Assembly: GCF_009914755.1 (NCBI RefSeq)
Contig: NC_060933.1
Origin: the human T2T-CHM13v2.0 reference genome, Homo sapiens
Strand: one strand, 5' to 3'
Length of the DNA: 64,000 bases
This document shows positions 25,601-38,747 of the stretch, piece by piece. Position numbers and translations under genes: made by a program. The notes below the pieces were generated by a model. The model saw nothing but the letters and a program-made list of their open reading frames with translations. It searched no databases and was not told the origin of the DNA. Numbering within the stretch: position 1 is the first letter of the stretch; each line of letters starts with the position of its first letter.

Positions 25601-28306
25601 GGGACCTCTATGCTGATTTCTAGTGCTCCTTCTCTGCACAATATCCCCTGCTACAAACTTCAGTTACACCAGTAGACCCGAACATCAAAGTCGGCTTCCC
25701 CAGCTCACTGAGACTGCTGTTTTCTTCTCGAGCTTCACCACCTTATGCTGTGATCTATAAAGTGGCCCCAGGGGAAAAATGGGGACTATCATTGGCCTCA
25801 GCTCATACAATTTCTCTCTCTCCAGAATTACAAATATGTGCTGTATACTGGACAAGGTTTGAAAACAATTGTCTCTTATGTGTACTTTAGTTTCATAATC
25901 ATTTAAGCAGAAGAGCTACTCTGGTAAAAGTAACATCATGGCTAGTTGCAGAAATCTTCACAGTCTAGTATATTTTAAAAGCACAAATAGCTCCGTAAGA
26001 GGAGATATTAAAGTAGGTCATGAAAACAGGAAGGAAATAAGCCAAGGCCTTTTATTTAATTTTGTTTTATTTCAATTTTTGGTGGAGTCCTTCCTCTAAG
26101 ATGCCTACATTCTTTTATCTATATTACAAATTATAATTTATAGATTATACAAATAAAACAAAATGTCACATCAGTAAACTTTGTCCATCTTATTGAATTT
26201 TACTTATTATCTTATTCTCAATGAAGGCTAGGTTTTCATGTAATCTTTAAGGGTACATCAAAAGCCAAAGGTATTCATCCAGAGCCAGTCAGAATATAAT
26301 TTATTTTAAAGAGTTAACTTCAATTCAAAGAGATTAGTAGATGACATTTACCTTCAGTCTAAGGGAAAAAAATTTATGTGTGAAGAAATATTATAAAGGG
26401 AGTGTTGAATTGACTTACTATCTACATGTTCTATAGAGAGAATTTTGGAAATTAATTTCTTCTCTTCCACCTCGAGAATGGAAGTTTATTATGGGAAATA
26501 ACTTGCATAGGGTGTTGGATCTTATTTAGTATTCCTCTAATTATCATTAGAGGAAAATGAACATATTTATGGAGTATCTACTATGTGCCAACAATTTTAT
26601 GTACATGGTTTAATTAACGATTTATATTAATTCTATAGTAACTAATTTGCCCAAGACCAAAACTAGTAGTTGGTATAGGTGATGTATAGAACTTCCATTT
26701 GAGCCCCAAAATAATGCCTTTCATATCAATTATGCTTCACTGAAAGGATTTAGAAATCAATTTTGTATTTGCTTTTTTAAAAAGTGAATTAAAGGGATGT
26801 GGAAGAAAATAAAAATTTGTTTACAGCATTGAGTGTAAATGTCTCTATTAGCTCACTAAGTGCTAATCCCTTTAAGATCCAGGATTGTGTATATTTTTAT
26901 TAACTTCTAAGTACTTACGGGTGTGCTAGCTAACCCTCAGTTAATATGTATTCATTAACAAAACATAGAATTTTCTAAGATTATGCTGGTATCACTATAA
27001 TTGCTGTTTGAATGTTTTCTAGAAGTACCCATTTGTAGTATGAACAAAGAAGGATAGCTTTGTAAGTAACCCTAATTATATTCCATATTAGCATAACATA
27101 AGCTAAGACATAAGCAAAAGCATACTGGTATAAACAATAGGGCCAGTGCTAATTAAACTCTGAATTTATGGAAGATGACACATTTTCATCTCTAAAGTTA
27201 ATCATTTTTTTAGCACTTGTACAACTGAACCTCATATGGCTGTCCAACACTATCTGAACTAGTATAAGCCACATGTGTCCTGATATACAAAAAAGAGGAA
27301 TTGTTAAAATATGTTAGGAAATGTCTTTGCAATAGAACTTTATTTCACACACATTTTCTTGGGAATCATTTACTTGAGAAAGTATTGAGGATCGGCCAAA
27401 AGCTTCTGTTTATGTAAGTTGTATCTACTGATATTACCTCATTTGAAATTAAAACTGAAATTTTTATTATACTTATGAATGGATTTATCTTGAAATATCT
27501 GTATTAAGACACTAAAACATAAATTATAAAATTATATTTGTTGAAATACAATGTATGAAAAATAAATACATTTTAATAAAAAGTAACTATTTTGAAAAGT
27601 AAAAGTTTAGTTAGAAGAGTGACTTTTTAAATGTGTCTTTTCAAATGTTGTTAATATCTGACTTATGAGAAGACAGCCGGATAATCATATCGGCTTTTGT
27701 ATTTAATACATTGCAACATGTTGTTTTAGTATATAAAGAAAATCCAGCCTCACTGAGATAAATAGTTGAAAATAGAAAAGTATTTTTAAATGTCTCAGAT
27801 AATTGTGAATATCATTTTTGATGCTATACCCAAACTTGGCAAGTGGTAGTCCTTAAAAGTCACAATCTTGAATCTGAAATCATGTTAATGAACTTATACT
27901 TTGCTATATAAAAATCTATTGGTTCTTTTGTAGTCTGAATAAATATTTTACCTGAGAATGGTTTGGATCATTTGAAAAACGTTGGTATACTTAATTATAC
28001 AGACAATCCAAATGTTGATGCATTTCATTATACCACATTTGTTAATATCACCATTTGATCTCATAAGAAAATATTCTAAGTATTTTTATGTTGAATTTTA
28101 AAATGTTGCCTTAATTTTAAAAAGATATTTTGACTAATTAGAATATCCCAAAGACAGAATTCATTTTGACAGATTCAAATTTTTCAAAATCCTAATTTTT
28201 GCTTGAAATTTTGAATTTTATCTTTGCCACCAATACTTGTTTTTCTGGAAATGACAAGCTCCTTTTGTTCATTTAAAAAAAAAAAGGCAATCAAATACCC
28301 AACTTT

Positions 28307-29274
28307 TGTAGGGGTGGGTTGCCCCTCCACACCTGTGGGTGTTTCTCGTAAGGTGGGACGAGAGATTTGGAAAAGAAAAAGACACAGAGACAAAGTATAG
28401 AGAAAGAAATAAGGGGACCCGGGGAACCAGCGTTCAGCATATGGAGGATCCCGCCAGCCTCTGAGTTCCCTTAGTATTTATTGATCATTTGTGGGTGTTT
28501 CTCGAAGAGGGGGATGTGTCAGGGTCACAAGACAATTGTGGGGAGAGGGTCAGCAGACAAACACGTGAACAAAGGTCTTTGCATCATAGACAATGTAAAG
28601 GATTAAGTGCTGTGCTTTTAGATATGCATACACATAAACATCTCAATGCTTTACAAAGCAGTATTGCTGCCCGCAGGTCCCACCTCCAGCCCTAAGGCGG
28701 TTTTTCCCTATCTCAGTAGATGGAGCATACAATCGGGTTTTATACCGAGACATTCCATTGCCCAGGGGCAGGCAGGAGACAGATGTTTTCCTCTTGTCTC
28801 AACTGCAAGAGGCATTCCTTCCTCTTTTACTAATCCTCCTCAGCACAGACCCTTTACGGGTGTCGGGCTGGGGGACGGTCAGGTCTTTCCCTTCCCACGA
28901 GGCCATATTTCAGACTATCACATGGGGAGAAACCTTGGACAATACCTGGCTTTCCTAGGCAGAGGTCCCTGCGGCCTTCCGCAGTTTTTGTGTCCCTGGG
29001 TACTTGAGATTAGGGAGTGGTGATGACTCTTAAGGAGCATGCTGCCTTCAAGCACCTGTTTAACAAAGCACATCTTGTACCGCCCTTAATCCATTCAACT
29101 CTGAGTTGACACAGCACATGTTTCAGAGAGCACGGGGTTGGGGGTAAGGTTATAGATTAACAGAATCTCAAGGCAGAAGAATTTTTCTTAGTACAGAACA
29201 AAATGGAGTCTCCTATGTCTACTTCTTTCTACACAGACACAGTAACAATCTGATCTCTCTTGCTTTTCCCCACA
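28307..29274 (-). mobile_element. HERV-K(HML-2) solo LTR, LTR5_Hs, full length 968 bp
   Basis: Minus strand reads TGTGGGGAAAAGCAAGAGAGATCAGATTGTTACTG...GGAGGGGCAACCCACCCCTACA. Perfect 6-bp TSD AACTTT (28301-28306 / 29275-29280). CpGs retained. Confidence 0.98.
28477..28744 (-). promoter_or_regulatory. LTR5_Hs cis-elements: TATA-like box, OCT4-type motif, poly(A) signal
   Basis: Minus strand: TATAAAA at 28738-28744, ATGCAAAG at 28577-28584, AATAAA at 28477-28482. Activity at this copy is not shown. Confidence 0.7.
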
Positions 29275-32200
29275 AACTTTGAATAACCATATTTTTCTGT
29301 TAGTCAGTCATTCTTTTATGTAAAAATAATGTTCCAGGAAAAAAGGGGTGAGTTCTCATCTTCATTTAAACTATCAGTGTACAAATTCTTTTCCTTACAA
29401 CAATTATAATATCTGAGAAAGTAAAAGTTCTTGCTTCATGCATATTCCTCATTTTGTCACACCATGGACTGTGCACCATCAGTACAAATATCAACAGAGA
29501 GAAAAGGCTAAATAATGTCTTAGTATTATTAGGAAAATAGTTTCCACTGAAAGGACTCCTTGCAAGAGTCTTAGGGATGCACAAAGATTTGTGGGCCATA
29601 CCTTGTGAACTGCTGTGTTAGGTGATGCACCACGACCTTCACGGGCTTTCTTGCATGTCACGTCTACAGGAAATCTATAAGGTAGAAATTATAATTTTTT
29701 GCATTTTACACATTTTCTTTTATTTTATAGATAAGAGTACTATACTGTATTTAGAAATATTCAGTAACTTACTCACTCTGCTAACAAGGCTCTCCCAGGA
29801 TTAGACATGAATTTTACTGTATAAGCTATGGTTTTGTTTTCAGATAATCAATAATTAAGTCAAACATTTTACTATTGATTCTTTTCTGTGCATGGTGTTT
29901 ATACATTTTTTAAGAGTTTACTACCCTGGTGCTTATATTTTACAAACTCAATTTTCCTGTATTACACAATACTCTCAGTTTAGTCTCTCTTTCCACCCAT
30001 ACCACTTGCCTAATTCCATGCGAAAATTTTCTCTTTCAATGCATCACTCCACCAACCTGGACATTTTTATTTCTGTTGCCATTGAGGTCTTGAAGACGTA
30101 ATAGACCGAAAAAAAGGGCTTTATGATTTCCTTCTTTATATTCTAAAATTTACATAATTTTTTACATCACCAGCACTTGTCAACATTTTGTTTCCAGAAA
30201 TGTGTGTTACTTATTAGTAAATATCACATAATTTGTGTATATTATAAAGAAATATTAATGATTTTCTATATAAGACAAAGCATTTGTACAAATTATAGCT
30301 CAGTTTGGACAAGATAATAGTTGCCCAAGTGACCACTTAGCTCTTGGGCAAATGACAGTGAAGAACACAGGATAGCAGTAGAAATGCCTGTGGCCACAAA
30401 AGGCTGAGTGACCCTACATGATGTTGTTTTGGTGATTCCAGATAGAGATTATTATCCTAATAGTTTTATAGTTGAATATGAACATGCACATGCATGCTCA
30501 GAACATTTCAGGGTCCATTATAATCACATTTCTGACAGTAAAGCATGATGTTTTTTGCCCCGCTGACCTCACAGGTGGATATAATAGCCAATCAGCCTGT
30601 GTTTGCACTGTTACTGTTATTAAATAAAACTTCTTATTAAATACAAAATACTGCCTAAAAATTATCTGGCTTGCGGTTTCTTTGTTTTTCTAAATGAAGG
30701 TTAAAAATGCTTACCTGATAGACTAATTATGATAATTAAATAACCTAGTGAATGTAACTTGATAATTATAGTGCCGAAGATATCATAACCAATCAAAAAA
30801 GTTTAAACTAAAAATACTGCTTTTGCTTTAACTGTTTGGAATTTAGTGATCATATTGAGGTTTTATAAATTATATTTATGACATAACTGTCCTCAAATAC
30901 ATTATGGTCTGTATCTGGATGTATAACTATTAGGTAGATATTTCAAAAAGGAAAATTTTGCCTTAATTTTAAAAAGACCTTTTGACTAATTAGAATATCC
31001 CAAACACAATTCTCCAAAGTGCTCGAGCAGAGCTTAGATGATCCTTTGTCTGGTAACTGTTAAAAAAACATTCAGAGTCATTAAGTAGTTATAGTTCCTT
31101 TTCAATTATATATTGTTTCTTTCCAAATCTAAGGTTCTATGACATTATATTTAATATTCACATGTGCGAATTTAAGATTAATTTAAATTATGTAATATAA
31201 TTATATTCTCTATCCCATTACTATGAATTTGGGGTAAATGTCACCAATGTTAAGGTTGGAAATCAGCACATTTGAAGAACAAGATATTTCCTACATCATA
31301 TACGAGACAATCTAGACTAAAAATATTTGGATATAAAAGACATTATGTATATACTTTTGTATTACATTACATAATTTACTATAGTACATTTTGAATAAGT
31401 GAAAAGTTGTCATTCTTAATTAAAACATGGTTTTATTTTCCCATTAACACAATGTTTAAAGAAAGCGAAGTCTTTAATGGGTGAGTAAAAAGCACTTTTA
31501 TATTTTCATGACTTTAAGGCAAATACCTTTCCATAAAATGAAGACTCAGTAAAAATAGAAGCTACAAGAGTACCCCTTCTGAATGACTATCATTCCAGAT
31601 AACAAAGTTATCACTGTACAACCACTGCCATTTGGGGATAGCTACATTTTAAAAGTCACACTTTTAACAAAAGAATACTCTGTTTTCTTTTACTAGTGCC
31701 AATGAATTAATGGAAATAAAATCTCATCATGACTCCCTCCACTGTTTGGAAGGTTGTGCAGGACCATCTACTGATAAAAGAGACACAATCCTGCCCGAGA
31801 TGTTCAGGGTTTCAATTCACATCCATTTGCCTTTTGGTATCAGCTAAATTATTTTCGAGCAGGCCCCTGGGAATCTCGTTCTCTCATCATTCCGTGTCTA
31901 TTCTTCCAAATCTGTCTGCTCCCTCTCTGATGGCCTCTTTCTGAATCCAGCTCTGAGACCATTATTCCAGTCCCCTTGAGGACAAGTCAGTGAAATCACA
32001 TTTCTGATTTTTGTCCTCAGAGGCAAATAAGGACCTTTACATTCTTCAGAAAGGAGCAATGTATATAATATGTTATTGCATACATGGACCATCTGGCAAA
32101 CTTGCTATCAGTTAGGGTTGAAAACTGTATCATCTACACCAGCAGTAAATATGTAATAAACAAGCTAAATGTGGATAAAGTCCACCCCATCACACAGGTG

Positions 32201-32589
32201 CCTTCAGCCCACAGGTCAATGCCAGTCTCTGTGACTGCCTTGCTTTGTGAACTTGGACAAACAGTCCAATCTGCTCTGGTACTTTTTACTTAACCTGTGT
32301 AAAGTCAACATTTCTTTTCTCCACATAGGTAGGTCATAAAAATAGCAAAATGATTTTTAAAATATTATTTTGAACTTCCCGAAATAAGTGAATTATTTTA
32401 ATTGAATATACTAATAAATACATGTATCCATCCCTGTGTATAAAAGTTAATCCCTGGTTAAGTACAGCATTAGTTACATTCATGGTCATCATTAATATAT
32501 TATTATTTGTAAAGTATATTTACGTACAAGTGACCGGAAACATGAATCACATTATGATTAACAATGGACTTATCCAAATATCATTATTT

Positions 32590-32835
32590 ATAATAATTAA
32601 TAATGACTGAGCTCATACTGCACACCAGACAGTGTTCCAGGGGCTTTACTTATATTCACTCATGTACACAAACAATAAAACTCAGAGAAAAGTTCCGTTA
32701 ATACCATTCCTGTTTTACAGATGATAAAATTGATTCATGAGTAGGAAAAGTCATTTTTTCAAAGTCACACGGTTGGCAAATTTGAACTAGATAATTTGGC
32801 TCCATAGATTCAACTTATTACCACCATGATACACA
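32590..32835 (-). mobile_element. MIR
   Basis: 'actgagctcatactgcacaccagacagtgttccaggggcttt...ctgttttacagatgataaaattga...aaagtcacac...tttgaactagataatttggctcca'. Confidence 0.75.
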
Positions 32836-34699
32836 CTCTCTCTAAAAACAAAGGGAAAATTGTAGGAGTAGTGCAGAAGGGATCCATCCTAGAATCAGAG
32901 TTGCTAGGCAGAGAGGAGGGTATAAAGTTCAATGTGATTCACTTTTATTTCAAAGCATGAATCAAATGACTCAATATTGCCATTAAATTCATTCAGTCCC
33001 TTGGGTATAATGTGTTTCAAAGTCTCCACAGAATAATAGCACTGTCAGCCACTTTAAAAAGTCATAAAATAAAATTCCAGTTTATTAACAAGGAAGATGA
33101 GATGCAGAGAAACGAAGAGCCTTGATCAAAGTCACAGTGTCACTGAAGAGCTTAATTGACCTGCCACACGCCCACTCCCAAAAGTCTCCTGATTCTAGCC
33201 CCCTACTTCTTTTACTTACCTCACTCGTTGATGTTCTGTAGAATCTTTGGTCATAATCAGGAGGAGTGGTTCCTCCCACAGAATCACAAGATAGTAGTTA
33301 TTTATTGGTTTAGGATCAGGAACAATATTTTAACCTTAAAATACTTTCCAGTCTTACTTCATCTTGTACCATCATTCTTCTAACCAAAATAGTTTAGCCT
33401 AACTACACACAGCTTAGGAAGGTCTTTAAAGCAGTATTATGCCCCTTTCTCTACTCTCATCACAGACTCCTGACACTCATCCCTTGATCTTTTATGACTC
33501 TGATCTGAGGGCTATGACAGCTGAATTGCTGCAAATCCTAGTGAGTGATACCACCAATATTGCTCATTCCATTTGATACTTCAAGAAATATTGTTTAACC
33601 AAAATAAAAAGAATAAAACAATTTAAAAAAGCAAAATATGTGAATTAAAATATCTTAAATAAATTGATTGTTGAGAAAAATTATTCAGTAAAGCAACCGC
33701 CAGAAAATCAGCCAAAAAGTATATTTAAAGCAATCAGAGACTACCACTTCATTTTGCCATATGTTGAGTAGGTTTTTTAAAACTTCCAATTTTAAAAAAA
33801 TGCACTGAAAGTCTTAAATAGTATTTAGAGCGAGAAAAGAATATGTGTGGTGTTATACATTTTGTTGTTAAGTGTGAGGTTGAAAATAATATTCTCAACT
33901 ACTGAACTGATAGCACTTTATTTACAGTGCACTGTATTTACCCTAGCAGGCTACAGCCATAATCTTTTGCTACTGACATCCTGGAAGAAAAAAATTTCAG
34001 TGCCAGGAAGAAGTAATGATGAAAGTACATCCATGTGGTTATATTTTTCAAGTTTGTGCAAATATTTCTTTAACAAGAATTCAAAAGCACATCACTAGAA
34101 ATGTAAAATAGATATACTGAATATGCTTTTTGTGGAACCTAAATTATGTTTTTAACCTTATGTCTACAATGTTTTGATTTTTAACCTTGGACAAATTTTA
34201 CTAAACTTTTGGGGCCTTAAATTATCCACCCATTCAAACAAGTTTCAAATTCCTTTCTCTCTTGCAAACTAGGGTTTTTTTTATTATTTTCACAAAGATT
34301 CAATGTGGTTGGAAACTACGACTTAGTTGTCATTTTATGTGCATGAGGAACTTTTAAATTAGAAGAAATAAGACTACCATAATGAAGGAAAAGCAGTACC
34401 CTCTACTTATTTATATTTTCTAGTTTTTAATGTTCATCTATAGGATGGATGGATGGATTTTTTTATTATAAAATATTACCAACAACTTTGGGTTATTTCA
34501 TTTCACTGTTTTTACAAGAGCCTATGCAGAACATGGGCACTAAATATACAAGGGTAAAGTACAAATGAGGATCTGAGTTGGATCAGGAATTAATCCTATT
34601 TTAATACTTAGCAATTAAAAATCTGATGGAACACTTGAAATTTTGCTTTTAATATTGGGTTCTATAATTTTAAAAAGACTTTCTTGAAAGGAAAATACA

Positions 34700-35690
34700 G
34701 ATAGTTAATTTAAAAGAAAAGAAGCAGCAAAAGTGACCAATAACATATGAAACATATGAAAAGATCTGTCCTATTAGTAAAGAAACTTAAATACAAACAA
34801 TAAACATACTGAGTATCTTTACTGTTGTTGGAGGTATGGGGAAACTGGAACTCTTACACTTCACAGAAGTATCATTTGCTAAATGTGAATAAATTAACTA
34901 GATATTGCAGTTTATAACCTATCCCTGGATTTAGCAGCATAAAACAACAAGCATTTATAGGCTCACAATCCTGCAGGCACCTTGGGATGTTCTGCTAATC
35001 TGTGCTGGTATGCTCACATATTTAGAGCCTGAGCTGGGACAACTATTCTGAATTAGCTAGATCCACATGGCTTGCTTACTTGCTGGAGGCAGGGTCCCAT
35101 GGCAGTAATCAAAAGTATGCAAGGCTTTTTGAGGCTTAAGCTCAGAAGTAGCACAGTGTCAATTCCAGGGCATTCTATTAGGCAAAGCAATTTGCAAAAA
35201 CAACACCAGATTCAAAAACTAAGAGAACGGAATCCATTTACTTATGGGAGAAGTGAAAAACTGTTGCCATTTCAACAGTAAGCTATAGGTAATTTAATCT
35301 ATACGTATCAGCCTAAAAATTCACCATACTCTTATACCCATGAATTCCGTATCTGTTAAGTAAATATACTTTATGTGTGCAAGATATTTGTAGAAAGCTA
35401 TTTATAGCAGCATTGATTATGTTAGCAAACATTGGAAATTTTTCATCAATAAGATTTTATTGTAATAAATTGTTACATTCTTTAATGAAAATTACTACAG
35501 GCCTTAAAGTGATATTTAAAATGATATGTGTGCTTATACACATATTTATATAGATAGCAAACACTATAAATACATTTTAAAGGACAAGAAACTAATTCCA
35601 AAAATTAACAGTGACTTCCCATGGATGATGAGGTTATAATGGATTTCACTTTTAAAACTTATTTCCTAAATTTCTTTTATAAATAATTCA
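34700..35690 (+). mobile_element. Ancient L1ME 3' region, interrupted by a minus-strand MLT1-type LTR (~34885-35270)
   Basis: L1: 'aacatatgaaaagat...gttggaggtatggggaaactggaactcttacac' and 'tttatagcagcattgattatgttagcaaacattggaaa'. LTR: 'ttagcagcataaaacaacaagcatttataggctcacaatcctgcagg' and 'cattctattaggcaaagcaa'. Confidence 0.55.
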
Positions 35691-36659
35691 TGCACCTATC
35701 CATTAATTTACATTTTTCCCCTTTGGTTTCCATAACAAAGTAGACTCTATACCTGTGATCTTAAATCTTATGTTCTAGCTTTGAAAACAGACATTAAATA
35801 AATATTTTAAAAAATAATTACATGAATAGAATTCTTATATGTCCTAGAAATGAAAGGTAGAGTCAGCAAAGAGAATGTGTCCCAATGAGATCTAAGCTAA
35901 TTTGGTGAATCGCTGGTGTCATTTTCTGGAAGAGTATCAGAGAAGGTGTCTCTACAACAGTGTCATTTTAGCTGCCTTCAAAAGACAGCATAGGAATGAC
36001 TTAGATGTAGAAGCACAGGCCATTCCAGACAGAGGTAATAGACAGAATATGAGAAGGCCCAGAGGTAAGAAGAAAGAAAAACTGAAAGGTTAATGTTAGC
36101 TGTAGGATATTGATTATTTACTTATTTTATCAAAAAGATCACGCATGCATATGGAAGAAAAAGAAAACTACAAATGTGGCACAAGGAAATGTAACTTTTC
36201 CTATTACACTAGATTTACTGAGAGCTACAATCCAATTACTGGAATCTAGCTAACTCAGAGTCTGAAAGATCTCAGGGTCTCATTTGTGCAGGCTTGGAAA
36301 CAAGTCTATTTCTCATTTCAGAACATGAGACCAACTGATCCCATCTAGAGCACTCAGTTCTGGCCATCAAATATGTACAGCCTGATCACCTGTCCTCTCA
36401 TTTTTCTCTGCAAACTACGAGTCATTTCTCCCCACTCATCTTCTCTAGCTGGTGTCCTTTTTGATCCCTTCCCTTGTGCATTCTGGACTCTTATCTTGCC
36501 ACCAAGAAGCATCTTTAAGCTTCTTATTCAATGGGTATTTTATCTCTGAATCTAGACTAAAAGCTATTCTGTCCCAGGGACATCATTTACAACCATCTTA
36601 TTTCTAGGGCAGGAGAAAGGTAGCAGTATTTTCTTTGATTTTCATCACTTTTTCTAGAC

Positions 36660-37460
36660 CTCTGGCAGCATCAATTTATACCCCTCCTCAACTTCATCAA
36701 TTTACACATCTTTCCATTCTTCTCCATATTCATAAAGGGCTTTGTAGGAGGGTTCAAGTCTTTATCCATCCCTCTCATCATATTCTTGGGAGATTTCAAT
36801 GCCTGTGGGGTTGATCCAATAGATCTCAATAACATTATTTTTAAAAATTTCTTAAGCCAATGACCTTCATTCTTATTCCATTTCAGCCTCCACTCTGTGT
36901 CCATATATCAGATTTTTGTGATTATATGGTACTGTTCCTCCTCCGAAGCTCTAAACTTCAAACATCAGCCATCTGTCTTTCTAGTTTCTCTTTCATTCTC
37001 CTACACTGCACAACTTTTTCCACTGTGCTGAGATTGCCGTCCCATGACACCTCCATTTTCACCCAATTCCTCTGGATATCTCCCTCTTTTCTCACTTGAA
37101 CCCTGTTGTTGGCAACTTCAGCTATTATCTCTCCTCCACTCTCAGCTTCTTGCATCTTGTCCTATTTCATTCACTCTGCAGAACTTCAGGTCAATATTAA
37201 AATATTTTCTATTTAAACAATTATGGAGGGAAATATGAAAGCAAATAAATTGGTACCACGGTAGGTCAATGGATTTCAATTCACCTAGGTCCTGAAAATG
37301 CCACTTGATAATCCTTTAGCTTGCCTTTTTCACTTCTCCTGCTCCATGTCCTTCTCTGCCTCCCAACCTCCCATCCCAGTCACACTCACTTCATATTTTC
37401 TAGCCCAATCCATTTCAAAAGATGACTTCACGTCTTTTGCGAATGATTAGAAAATCATGA
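36660..37460 (+). mobile_element. L2 ORF2 endonuclease-region fossil
   Basis: 'atattcttgggagatttcaat' translates to IFLGDFN (APE-type GDFN motif), within pyrimidine-rich L2-like sequence. Confidence 0.55.
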
Positions 37461-38747
37461 CATCTTTAGTCCTGTAAGAACCGACTTTCTCATTGTCCAA
37501 GAATTTTTCCTACACTTGTATTTTGGTCCTTCCCAGTGATCTGTGACCCATCAAATGGTATTGCTTTCCACTCTTACAGGGAACTCAGAGGTAGCAGTTG
37601 TTTTGCCCTTTCAGTCAAATAGTCTGTCAGTTTTTGTAGATGCAGAGTTTGTGGTGTTTATCCTTGTATAACTTCTGTTTCTCTCTGATTTTACTTTTCA
37701 TGCTTTTTTAAAAGCATAAAATGTTTCTAATGGTATATTTTGAAATGTTTTTAAAGTACAGAAAAAAATACAATGGACACTCATGTACCTGTTACCCAGA
37801 TTTAACAATTTAAATAAATGTTCATATTTTCATTAAGAAATAAAATATAACAAATAGTCCTTAATATGTTGGATATAAATATACATACTTATATAAAAAT
37901 TAGCCTAGGAAACTAGCACATTATCCACTGGATAGTAGATAACATTCTGCATGTTTTTATAAATTTAGTTCATAATACACATACTTAATACATACTGTTG
38001 TTGGAGCATTAATTCGTTTCAAATAGAATGAACAATCCTTTTGCTTAGAATGCACTATTCAAAGTGCTTTTTGTTTTAAAGGTTTCTGACTTTCTTAAAC
38101 AAGGGTGTATTTCTGACATATGTTTGGTATAGCTAAACTTCAGATTTATATTGCCACCAGAGAAATACAGAACATCTGGCATTTTTGAAAGTGATCCTTT
38201 CTTGATTTATTTAAGTATAATAAATGTATTTACATGACGTTGGTTCTGCATTTTATACTAATAGACTCTAAGTCTAATGAATCTGAGAGTAAGTTAAATA
38301 TCTGTTCACTCCCCAGCTTCACTGAAATGACTCTCATCTATTCTTTTCCTTCTAGCTATTCTTCTAATGCATTGCCTAATTGCCTAAGATATAAAGAAGC
38401 ATTTTGCCTAAATGAAGCAGCATCAGTAAAACAAATGATGCTAGACTTTGACTATGATAGTCATTCTAGTGCTTAATCATTCATCCAGAGAAAATTATCT
38501 CTAAAGGGCCCTGTTCCCTCTCCTATCTGTCTCTAAAAACACCCACCTACATATTCTGGAAACATTTTATTTTATTTGAATTTTAGTGAAAATAGACTTA
38601 TGTATGAGAAGTTTACCAAGTTTAAAGTCATGTGGCAGATTTCTTTTTTAAGTATTAAAATGCTACCTGGGCTTCATTCCCTAAATTCTTCTCTCAACAA
38701 TATTTGAAAAATAGTTGTGCATGAGTAATAGAATTAGTATCACCTGC

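Larger units (their letters stand above)
27337..29615 (-). mobile_element. Charlie1(a)-type hAT DNA transposon fossil, split by LTR5_Hs
   Basis: The right end in reverse complement reads 'cagcagttcacaaggtatggccc...aaactattttcctaataatactaagacattattt...gttgatatttgtactgatggtgca', like the Charlie1 5' end. The left end 'tattgagga...agcttctgtttatg...gaaattaaaactga' matches the Charlie1 3' end. Confidence 0.8.

Noticed and set aside
28184-29023. ORFs of 66-125 aa within the HERV-K LTR
   Set aside because: Incidental frames in LTR sequence. No gag/pol/env or primer-binding site flanks the LTR, so it is a solo LTR.
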